Assembly: GCA_965223415.1 (NCBI GenBank)
Contig: OZ245002.1
Location: forward strand, 1,344,001-1,408,000
Length of the DNA: 64,000 nt
Direction of reading: 5' to 3'
Source: Myxococcota bacterium
GTDB lineage: Bacteria; Myxococcota_A; UBA9160; UBA6930
Each line of letters opens with the position of its first letter. Position 1 is the first letter of the stretch. Both the position numbers and the translations under genes were made by a program. This document shows, piece by piece, positions 54,974-62,894 of this stretch. Below the pieces are notes generated by a model that was not told the origin of the DNA, did no database searches, and saw only the letters and a list, made by a program, of their open reading frames with translations.

Positions 54974-55845
54974 AGGGTGAAGTCCCGCTTTCGCACGCCG
55001 AACGCAGATACGCCGACGAACAGCACGAGATAGCCCGCGCACACAGCCACCATGCGCTGGATGGGCGCGACCCACCAGCTCTCGATCGGAATGCCGGTCA
55101 TCAGATCGTCCAGCACGCCGAGGGGGACGAGGGGCTGGTTGGGAAGCCCGAGGGTGCTGAAGGGAACCGTCAGCGGCTCCCCGCCGGTCGGCAGGCTCAG
55201 CCCCAGCGTGGTCGGAACGATCGAGAGGGTCTCGAGCAGGGAGTAGAGCAGGAGCCCGACGATGATGGCGCCGCCCATCGTGCTCGAGAAGGTGGAGACC
55301 GCCACTCCCATGGCCGCCACGCTCGCGAGGGCGAAGAGCAGGAAGAGCGTGCCGATGGCGAGCTGGCTCACGACGTAGCCGCTCTGGAAGATCACGTACT
55401 CGTTCTCGGTGAGGTCACCGAGGCCGTAGTAGGCCGCGCCTCCCCCGAGCGCCACCGTCCACAGCAGCAGCACGGTGAGCGCGACCATGCCCAGGGCCGT
55501 CACGTACTTCGAGCAGAGCAGCTCCATCCGGGTCACCGGGCGCGTGAGGATGCACTTCACCGTGGAGTTGGAGACGTCGATGGCGAAGAGGATGCAGACC
55601 AGCACGTAGACGATGGGCGTCGAGACGTCGACGAGGCGGTTCATCACCGAGAGGGCGAAGGCCCAGCCCGAATCGGAGGTGACGTTGGCGGCCTGCTCGA
55701 TGCGGCGGAAGAGCATGGCCCCGCCAACGGCGAAAATCGCGATGGCCCCGTAACCGGCGGCTACCACCCAGTAGCGGCAGAGCTTGGTGGCATCGGCGCG
55801 CACCAGGCGCGCCACGCTGCGCAGGAAGTCGAGGGGGCCCGTCAT
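54970..55845 (-). CDS. ABC-2 type permease
   Basis: Six TM segments, ILTRPVTR.ELL.SK motif. Confidence 0.88.
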   Translation of the reverse strand: MTGPLDFLRSVARLVRADATKLCRYWVVAAGYGAIAIFAVGGAMLFRRIEQAANVTSDSGWAFALSVMNRLVDVSTPIVYVLVCILFAIDVSNSTVKCILTRPVTRMELLCSKYVTALGMVALTVLLLWTVALGGGAAYYGLGDLTENEYVIFQSGYVVSQLAIGTLFLLFALASVAAMGVAVSTFSSTMGGAIIVGLLLYSLLETLSIVPTTLGLSLPTGGEPLTVPFSTLGLPNQPLVPLGVLDDLMTGIPIESWWVAPIQRMVAVCAGYLVLFVGVSAFGVRKRDFTL

Positions 55846-56777
55846 TGGATGTCCGACGCGCCCCCCGTCAGCTCCACGAACACCTGCTCGAGGCTTCGCC
55901 GACGGCTGCGGAGCCCCTGCACGGCCACGCCTTCCTCCACGAGCGCCCGGTTCACCTGGGCGGCCTCGACGCCACCGTCCACGACCAGCTCCAGGTGGCC
56001 CTGGCGGATGCGCTGGGCCGCAAGACCGAAGCGACGGCCCACCACCTCCACCGCCGCGTCGTCGGCCCCGGGCGCCACCGCCAGCTCGATCACGCCGTCG
56101 TCGGCGCCGAGCAGCTCGTCGAGAGAGCCCTCCCGAAGCATGCGTCCCCGGGAGAGCACCGCCACCCGATCGCAGATGCGCTCCATCTCGCCGAGGAGAT
56201 GGCTGGAGAGGAACACCGTCGTGTGTCCCTCGTCGCGGATGCCGCGCAGGAGCGAGCGCATCTCCCGGGTGCCCTGGGGATCGAGGCCGTTGGTCGGCTC
56301 GTCCAGGACCAGCAGGCGCGGCTCCTCCAGGAGCGCGAGCGCGATGCCGAGCCGCTGGCGCATGCCCTGGGAGAAGCCCGAGACCTTCTGCTCGGCTCGC
56401 CGGCCGAGCCCGACCCGATCGAGCACCGCCTCGATGCGCTGGGGCGTCACCCCGCCGGAGATCCGCCCGAACAGCTGCAGGTTCTTCCGCGCCGTCAGGA
56501 ACGGGTAGAAGGCCGGCCCCTCGACCATGGCGCCGACACAGCGGATCGCGCGCTTGAAGTCCCGCCGCACGTCGTGGCCGAAGATCCGGACCGAGCCGGA
56601 GCTCGGCGCGATCAGCCCGAGCAGCATGCGAATCGTGGTGGTCTTGCCGGCACCGTTCGGCCCGAGGAAGCCATAGACCTTCCCTTCCTCGACGGTGAGG
56701 CTCAGGTCCTCGACCGCAGCCAACGCCCCGAAGCGCTTGCACAGGCCCAGGGCTTCGACCGGCGGGGCGGGACTCAT
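55842..56777 (-). CDS. ABC transporter ATP-binding protein
   Basis: GPNGAGKTT, FSQGMRQR, LDEPTNGLD, SSH. Confidence 0.96.
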   Translation of the reverse strand: MSPAPPVEALGLCKRFGALAAVEDLSLTVEEGKVYGFLGPNGAGKTTTIRMLLGLIAPSSGSVRIFGHDVRRDFKRAIRCVGAMVEGPAFYPFLTARKNLQLFGRISGGVTPQRIEAVLDRVGLGRRAEQKVSGFSQGMRQRLGIALALLEEPRLLVLDEPTNGLDPQGTREMRSLLRGIRDEGHTTVFLSSHLLGEMERICDRVAVLSRGRMLREGSLDELLGADDGVIELAVAPGADDAAVEVVGRRFGLAAQRIRQGHLELVVDGGVEAAQVNRALVEEGVAVQGLRSRRRSLEQVFVELTGGASDIQ

Positions 56778-56864
56778 CGGGGCGAGCTTAGCGGGCGTGG
56801 CGCCTGGACCCGAGACCGGCCCAGCCGAGCTAGCTTCCCGTGGCCTCGAGAACGGAGGAGCATC

Positions 56865-57419
56865 ATGCAACTTCGCTGGTCCCATGCGGTCGTGAAAGTC
56901 CGCGACCTCGACCTGATGGTCGACTTCTACTCCCGGGTGCTGGGCTTCGAGGTCGCCGATCGCGGCGATCTGGCGCCCGGCGGCCCCGCCATCGTCTTCA
57001 TGAGCCAGGTCGAGACCGACCACCACCAGATCGCCTTCCTGCCGGCCGGCCGCGGCGACGACCCGCCGAACTCCCTGGACCACATGGCGTTCCGGGTGGG
57101 CGGGCTCGACGACGTCCGGGAGATGAAGGAACGGGTCGAGAAGGACGGACGCGCCGCGCGGCCGCCGGGCCCCGTCACCCACGGCAACGCCTGGTCGGTC
57201 TACTTCCAGGATCCGGAGGGCAACGGGATCGAGGTCTTCTGCGACACCCCGTGGCACGTCGCCCAACCCCAGCTCTCGCCCTGGGATCCGAGCCAGACGA
57301 ACGAGGAGGTGATGCGAGCCACCGAAGCAGCCTTCTCGGACAGGGCCGAGTTCCGGCCGTTCGGCGACTATGTCGCGGAGCGGGCCGCACACTTCGCGAA
57401 GCGCGAAGGCAAGAGCTAG
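56865..57419 (+). CDS. VOC family protein (glyoxalase/dioxygenase-like)
   Basis: SHAVVKVRD, DHHQI, LDHMAF, THGNAWSVYFQDPEGNGIE; GGAGG RBS. Confidence 0.92.
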   Translation: MQLRWSHAVVKVRDLDLMVDFYSRVLGFEVADRGDLAPGGPAIVFMSQVETDHHQIAFLPAGRGDDPPNSLDHMAFRVGGLDDVREMKERVEKDGRAARPPGPVTHGNAWSVYFQDPEGNGIEVFCDTPWHVAQPQLSPWDPSQTNEEVMRATEAAFSDRAEFRPFGDYVAERAAHFAKREGKS

Positions 57420-57432
57420 GAGCCCGACCGGG

Positions 57433-58674
57433 CTACGCGGCTTCCCGGAGCTCGAGCCGCCGGCGTCCGCGGATCACGAAGGAGGACAGGAACTCCCGCT
57501 CGGGCGCCGCACGGGCGAGCCTCGGCAGCTCGGGCACCAGCGCCTCGAGGGCGACGCGGGCTTCGAGGCGGGCCAAGGACGCGCCCAGGCAGAAGTGGTT
57601 GCCGAAGCCGAAGGCGAGATGCCCTCGGGTGTCGCGATCGATGTCGAAGCGATCCGGTTCCGGGAAGCGGCGCTCGTCGCGGTTGGCGGAGCCGATGGCG
57701 ATGAGCAGATCCCCCTCGGCGGGGATCTTCACGCCGGCGATCTCGGTGTCCTCGCGGACGACGCGACGCAGGCGCTGGACGGGGCTGTCGTAGCGGAGCG
57801 CCTCCTCGACCAGCGCCGGGACCAGCGAGAGATCCGCCGCCACCCGCGCGAGCTGGTCGGGATGCTCCAGCAGCGCGTCGACCGTGTTGCCGAGCAGGTT
57901 CGTCGTCGTCTCGTTCCCGGCGACCAGGAGCAGCAGGATGAACATGGCGATCTCGAACTCGGTCAGGCCCAGCTCGCCCTCCGAAGCCGCTGCGATCACG
58001 CTGATGAGGTCGTCGGCCGGGTGCCTGCGGCGCTGGCGGATGATCGGGCGCATGTAGCGCACCAGCTCGAACATCACCTCGAAGCTCGCGGTGGTGCCGG
58101 CGCCGTCGGGGCCCGTGTTGTCCTCGACCAGCTCGTCGCTCCAGCGCTTGAAGAGGTGGCGGTCCTCGGCGGGGATGCCGAGCAGCTCGGAGATGACCGT
58201 CACGGGAAGGGGAATGGCCAGCTCGCTGACCAGATCGAAGCGCTCGAGGCCACGCATCTGCGCCATCGACTTCTCGACCAGCTCCCGGATGCGGCCCTCC
58301 CAGCGGGCGATTCGGCGCGGGGTGAAGCCGCGGTTGACCAGGTTGCGCATCGGGCCGTGGGTCGGCGGATCGTCGAGGATCAGCATGCGGAACTGGGCGA
58401 TGCGGAAGGGATTGAGGCGCAGGCCCACCGCGACCTTCCACAGCATGGAGACGCGGGTGCGGGCGCTCTCGCGGGCTGCCCGCATGCGGTTCGTGGCGCG
58501 GGTATCGGAGGAGAACAACTCCGGGTGCCGGAAGACGTACTGGACGTCTTCGTAGCGGGTGACGAGCCAGGTGTTCGAGCGCGCGTGGTGGAAGACGGGC
58601 GCCTCGTCGCGAAGACGCCGGTACATCGGATAGGGATCCCGCTGCCAGGCCTCGGAGAAGGGATCGAGCTCCAT
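57433..58674 (-). CDS. Cytochrome P450
   Basis: AGNETT, EEALR, HLAFGFGNHFCLG. Confidence 0.97.
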   Translation of the reverse strand: MELDPFSEAWQRDPYPMYRRLRDEAPVFHHARSNTWLVTRYEDVQYVFRHPELFSSDTRATNRMRAARESARTRVSMLWKVAVGLRLNPFRIAQFRMLILDDPPTHGPMRNLVNRGFTPRRIARWEGRIRELVEKSMAQMRGLERFDLVSELAIPLPVTVISELLGIPAEDRHLFKRWSDELVEDNTGPDGAGTTASFEVMFELVRYMRPIIRQRRRHPADDLISVIAAASEGELGLTEFEIAMFILLLLVAGNETTTNLLGNTVDALLEHPDQLARVAADLSLVPALVEEALRYDSPVQRLRRVVREDTEIAGVKIPAEGDLLIAIGSANRDERRFPEPDRFDIDRDTRGHLAFGFGNHFCLGASLARLEARVALEALVPELPRLARAAPEREFLSSFVIRGRRRLELREAA

Positions 58675-58684
58675 TGCGGAGAGG

Positions 58685-59518
58685 CTAGCGCGGGTCCAGC
58701 ACGGCGACCCCGTCCTGGATGGCCTCTTCGCCGTCGGCGTTGCGCACCCGGAAGGCGACGAGGCCCCCGCCCGCGGACGTGAGCTCGAGCTCGATGGTCG
58801 TGCCCGGGATGACCATCGCCCGGAAGCGGCCGCGCAGGCGCCGCAGCCGGCGGGGCTCGCCGCCGGCGTGGCGTGCGACGATCTCCCGGCCTGCGAGGGC
58901 CCAGGTGGCGGTCCCGTGCAGGATGATGTCCGGCAAGCCCGCCGCGAGGGCCACCACCCTCTCGGTGTGGATCGGGTTCCAGATGCGCGCGCACTCGGTG
59001 TAGACGTGGGGCATCTCGCGGGGGATCGGGATCGCGATCGTCTCGGGCGGTCCCGCCTCTCCGAGCCGTGGGAGGGGCGGCGGCTCCTCGCGGGTGCGCG
59101 GCTCGCCGTCCAGACCGACGCCCCGGTACATCGAATCGGACCAGGAGCTGACGAGGATGCGGCCCTGGTCGTCGTAGCTGTCGTAGCGGCAGGTGAGCAG
59201 CGTCCCGGCGCTCGTCGCCCGCATCGCCGTCACGCGGCCGGTGGTGCGCACCTTCGCCCCGGGCCGGATCGGCGCGTAGAAGACCGAGTCCTGGGTGGCG
59301 TGGACGCCTCGCAGCAGCTCCCCGGGCTCCGCCCCGAGCAGGGCGGCCAGCTCCGGATGACTCGCGACCGGCCACTCGAGCGACACGCAGAAGGGCGGCG
59401 GCGCCACCTCCCCCGAGCCCAGCGCCCCGATCCCCGCCCCGTAGGCGAGCACCCGCCGCACCGAGACCTCCTCGACCGAATCCGGAAGCCACGACCCGAC
59501 GGCAGAACAACGCAACAA
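58685..59518 (-). CDS. Double hot-dog MaoC-type (R)-specific enoyl-CoA hydratase; start uncertain
   Basis: RGVHATQD, IWNPIHTE, ILHGTAT, FRAMVIPG; the only plausible starts are TTG 59518/59515 inside repeat B. Confidence 0.85.
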   Translation of the reverse strand: MLRCSAVGSWLPDSVEEVSVRRVLAYGAGIGALGSGEVAPPPFCVSLEWPVASHPELAALLGAEPGELLRGVHATQDSVFYAPIRPGAKVRTTGRVTAMRATSAGTLLTCRYDSYDDQGRILVSSWSDSMYRGVGLDGEPRTREEPPPLPRLGEAGPPETIAIPIPREMPHVYTECARIWNPIHTERVVALAAGLPDIILHGTATWALAGREIVARHAGGEPRRLRRLRGRFRAMVIPGTTIELELTSAGGGLVAFRVRNADGEEAIQDGVAVLDPR

Positions 59519-59558
59519 ACGGAACCGGCCCCTAACGCAACGGGCCCCTAACGCAACG
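59508..59558 (-). repeat. Dispersed repeat family B (copy 3) with 16-bp tandem partial duplication
   Basis: 59508-59541 is the exact reverse complement of 19445-19478; GGCCCCTAACGCAACG is repeated at 59527-59542 and 59543-59558. Confidence 0.92.
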
Positions 59559-61134
59559 CCTGGTCGCGGAGGATGAACTTCTGGACCTTGCCGGTCGCGT
59601 TCATGGGGAGCTCGGGGACGATTTCGATGCGGCGGGGGACCTTGAAGTTGGCCATGTGCTCGCGGCACCAGGCGTGGAGGGCGTCCGGGTCGGGGCTCGC
59701 GCCGGGTTCGGGGACGACGAAGGCCATGCCGACCTCGCCCATGCGCTCGTCGGGGATGCCGATCACCGCCACCTGGGCGATCTCCGGGTGCTCGAACATG
59801 AGGGCCTCGATCTCGGCCGGGTAGCAGTTGAAGCCGCCCATGATGAACATGTCCTTCTTGCGATCGGTGATGTCCAGGTAGCCGTTCTCGTCCATCACGC
59901 CGATGTCGCCTGTGTGGAGCCAGCCGTCGGGGTCGATGACCTTGCGGGTCTCCTCTTCGTCCTCGAAGTAGCCCTGCATCACGTTGTAGCCGCGGATCAC
60001 CACCTCGCCGGGCTCGCCCCGCGGCACCTCCTTGCCGTCGTCGTCGACGCAGCGCACCTCCACGTCCGGATTCGCGCGGCCGGAGGTCTTCGAGATGATC
60101 TCGGGATCGTCGCCGTCCCGACACATGGTGGCGAGGCCGGTCGCTTCGGTGAGGCCGTAGGCGGTGAGAACCGTCTCGAAGCCCAGCTCGTCCCGCATGC
60201 GGCGGATCAGCTCCACGGAGATGGGAGCTGCGCCCGTGACGGCCAAGCGGAGGTGGGACAGGTCGTACTCGTCGCGATCCGGATGCATCAAGATCGACTC
60301 GTAGAGCGAGGGCACGCCCGGCAGCACGTTGATGTGTTCCTCGTCGATCCGCTTCAGCAGTGCGGGCACGTCGAGCACCTTGTGGGGCAGGCAGGTCGCT
60401 CCGCGCATGATGCAGGCGAGCCAGCCAGCCTTGTAGCCGAAGGTGTGGAAGAAGGGGCTCACAACGAGGTAGCGATCTCCCTCGCGCAGGCCGACCAGCT
60501 CGCTCCAGCTCTCGAAGCCGCGCAGGTTCTGCTCGTAGGTCGTCATCACGCCCTTCGGCTTCCCGGTGGTGCCCGAGGTGAACATGATGTCCGCCAGGTC
60601 GCCGGGCCGGACCGCCTCGAGCCGCTCCCGCGCCGCGTCCTCCGCGATCGCCTCGCCGGCCTCGAGGAAGGCCTCCCAGCCCTCCGCCTTCGGGTGGCTG
60701 CCGTCGAAGAGCACGATGCGCTCGAGATCGGGGAGGTCGAGCGCTGCGACCCGGTCCGCATAACGTTCTCCGAGAAACTCCTCCAGGGTGAAGACCATGC
60801 GGGCGCGGCTCTTGCGAAGCGAGTGGTCCGCCTCGGAGGACTTGTAGCGGGTGTTCATCGGCACGAGAACGCCACCCGCGGATTGGAGGCCGATGGCGGC
60901 CAGCGCCCACTCCAGCTGGTTCGGCGCCCAGACGCCCACCCGATCCCCGGGCTCGAGGCCGGCGGCCAGGAAGGCCCTCGCGCTTCGCAGCGCCACCCCG
61001 CCCAGCTCGGCGAAGGTAAGGCTGCGTCCCGCGTCCTCGAAGGCCATCCGCTCGGCGAAGCGCTGGGCGGCGTCCTGTACGAGGCGCGGCAGGGTGCCGG
61101 AGGAGGAAGGACGGTAGTCGCTGGCTGCGCTCAC
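59548..61134 (-). CDS. FadD3-like acyl-CoA synthetase
   Basis: FTSGTTGKPKG, PFFHTFGYKAG, TAYGLTEA, GWLHTGD, GGFNCYPAEIE, NATGKV. Confidence 0.93.
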   Translation of the reverse strand: MSAASDYRPSSSGTLPRLVQDAAQRFAERMAFEDAGRSLTFAELGGVALRSARAFLAAGLEPGDRVGVWAPNQLEWALAAIGLQSAGGVLVPMNTRYKSSEADHSLRKSRARMVFTLEEFLGERYADRVAALDLPDLERIVLFDGSHPKAEGWEAFLEAGEAIAEDAARERLEAVRPGDLADIMFTSGTTGKPKGVMTTYEQNLRGFESWSELVGLREGDRYLVVSPFFHTFGYKAGWLACIMRGATCLPHKVLDVPALLKRIDEEHINVLPGVPSLYESILMHPDRDEYDLSHLRLAVTGAAPISVELIRRMRDELGFETVLTAYGLTEATGLATMCRDGDDPEIISKTSGRANPDVEVRCVDDDGKEVPRGEPGEVVIRGYNVMQGYFEDEEETRKVIDPDGWLHTGDIGVMDENGYLDITDRKKDMFIMGGFNCYPAEIEALMFEHPEIAQVAVIGIPDERMGEVGMAFVVPEPGASPDPDALHAWCREHMANFKVPRRIEIVPELPMNATGKVQKFILRDQALR

Positions 61135-61179
61135 GGTGGCTCCGAAGGGAAAGGGCCCGCGAGGATACCCGGGCAGCCG

Positions 61180-61953
61180 CTACTCGTCCCCCATGCGGAA
61201 GCGGTCGCGGAACGACGAGCTCGCACTGGCCCGGGCGATCAGGTCGCCGTCGGCCTCGGTGGCGTCGCCCAGCACGCCGAGGCGGCTGTAGCCGCGCAGC
61301 TGGGTCTTCGTCATGTGCACGGCGAGCTCGGGCTTCGCCGCCAGATCCGCCGCCCACTCCGCCACCTCCGCGTCGAGGGAGACCGCGGGTACGGCCTTGT
61401 GCACGAGCCCCCATTCCTCCGCCTGGGTCCCGGCCAGGGACGGACAGCGCAGCAGGATCTCGCGGGCCCGCGCCGTGCCGACCTCCCGGATCAAGAGCGG
61501 CACCGCTCCCCAGGAGAGCGGGACCGCCAGGTCGAGCTCCGGCACGAGGAAGACCGCATCGTCGGCGGCGATTCGGAAGTCGCACGCCAGGGCGAAGCAG
61601 GCACCGCCGCCGATGGCGTGGCCGTGCACCCGCGCGATCGTGATCGCCTCGCAGTCCTGGATCGCGCGGCAGGCCCGCCTTCCGAGCTGGCCGATCCAGC
61701 GGAGCTGGCGCTCGGTGGCGTCCGGCGGAGGACGACCGGCCGGGTCCGGCTTGCGATCCGCGCCAGCGCAGAAGGACTTGCCCCGCCCCCCGAGCACGAC
61801 CACCCGCGTCGCGAAGTCCGTCTCGAGGGATCGGAAGAGATCGCCGACCTCGCGCAGCATCACCGGCCCCACGGCGTTGCGCCGCTCGGGGCGGTTCAGC
61901 CAGACGTGGAGGACGGGGCCGTCGCGTTCGGTTTCGAGGGTGGCGTAGCTCAC
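61180..61953 (-). CDS. Enoyl-CoA hydratase/isomerase
   Basis: LNRPERRNA, FCAGAD, HGHAIGGG, VPE; GTG start. Confidence 0.92.
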   Translation of the reverse strand: MSYATLETERDGPVLHVWLNRPERRNAVGPVMLREVGDLFRSLETDFATRVVVLGGRGKSFCAGADRKPDPAGRPPPDATERQLRWIGQLGRRACRAIQDCEAITIARVHGHAIGGGACFALACDFRIAADDAVFLVPELDLAVPLSWGAVPLLIREVGTARAREILLRCPSLAGTQAEEWGLVHKAVPAVSLDAEVAEWAADLAAKPELAVHMTKTQLRGYSRLGVLGDATEADGDLIARASASSSFRDRFRMGDE

Positions 61954-61976
61954 GGGGGCGGTTCGGACCCGCGATG

Positions 61977-62894
61977 CTAGCAGCCCTCGGCGGGTACCCG
62001 TCGCGCCAGCCCGTCCAGCATGCGATCCAGCTCCCGCTCCCACCCGGGATCCCGCAGCCGGTAGCGTCGGCACGCCCGGCGCAGCAGGTGGAAGCCGACA
62101 TGGAGACCCAGGCGATCGGCGTCCGGCCAAGGCGCGAGCTCGACGTAGCCCGACCGGAACGCGGCCTCCTGCACCGGGCGATCGGGCGCCGGGTGCGTGT
62201 GGAGGTAGACCAGGAAGCCCGCCACGTCGAAGGCCGGGTCGCCGGCGGCCAGGTCGTCCCAGTCGACGACCCAGGTCCGCTCGGGGGTGTCGAACAGCTG
62301 CCGGAGGTGGAAATCGCGGTGGATCGGGACCGGCGACGGCCAGGCGTCGTTTGCACGCAGCCAGGCCAGGGCCCGGGAGAGCAGCGCGCCCCGCTCCGGA
62401 AGCGAACGAAGGAGCTCCTCGGGATGCGGTCGCACTCGCTCCGCGAGGTGGTCTTCCAGGGAACGCGGATCCAGCCCGACAGGCGTCAACCGATGGAGCC
62501 GCGCCAGGGCGCGGCCGACTCGGCGGTAGGCGCGGCGTGAAAGCCGACGGGAGGCCAGAGGCTCGCCGGGCGCGTGCTCGCTCACGAGCCAGCCGTCTCG
62601 CTCGAAGAGGGGCCGCGGAATCCCCAGCTCGCGGGCGCCGGTGCGCTCGAGCTCGGCGAGGAGGCACTGCACCCGCGGCAGGGTGCGCGCTGCCGAGTCG
62701 CCCGCGGAGCGCTTGGCGACGACGCGCCGCGGAGGCCCCTCGGGGGTGTCGGGCCGGGCGAACTCGAAGACGAGCACGCGGCTCTCTCCGAAGGGCTCGC
62801 TTCGCTCGAAGGCGCGAAAGGCGCCGACGCGTTCTCCGCCGGACGCGAGGACACGGCGAATCCAGCCGGCGGTCGCGGCAGCGTCGTCGCTCAG
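61977..62894 (-). CDS. APH-family phosphotransferase; start uncertain (CTG?)
   Basis: RVVAK, LARLH, IHRDFHLRQ, VVDWD, GDPAFDVA. Confidence 0.85.
   Translation of the reverse strand: MSDDAAATAGWIRRVLASGGERVGAFRAFERSEPFGESRVLVFEFARPDTPEGPPRRVVAKRSAGDSAARTLPRVQCLLAELERTGARELGIPRPLFERDGWLVSEHAPGEPLASRRLSRRAYRRVGRALARLHRLTPVGLDPRSLEDHLAERVRPHPEELLRSLPERGALLSRALAWLRANDAWPSPVPIHRDFHLRQLFDTPERTWVVDWDDLAAGDPAFDVAGFLVYLHTHPAPDRPVQEAAFRSGYVELAPWPDADRLGLHVGFHLLRRACRRYRLRDPGWERELDRMLDGLARRVPAEGC

Noticed and set aside
58685..62356. 1223-aa ORF as a giant fusion
   Set aside because: Only the last about 278 aa are the MaoC-type hydratase; the rest is off-frame over the FadD3-like and ECH genes.
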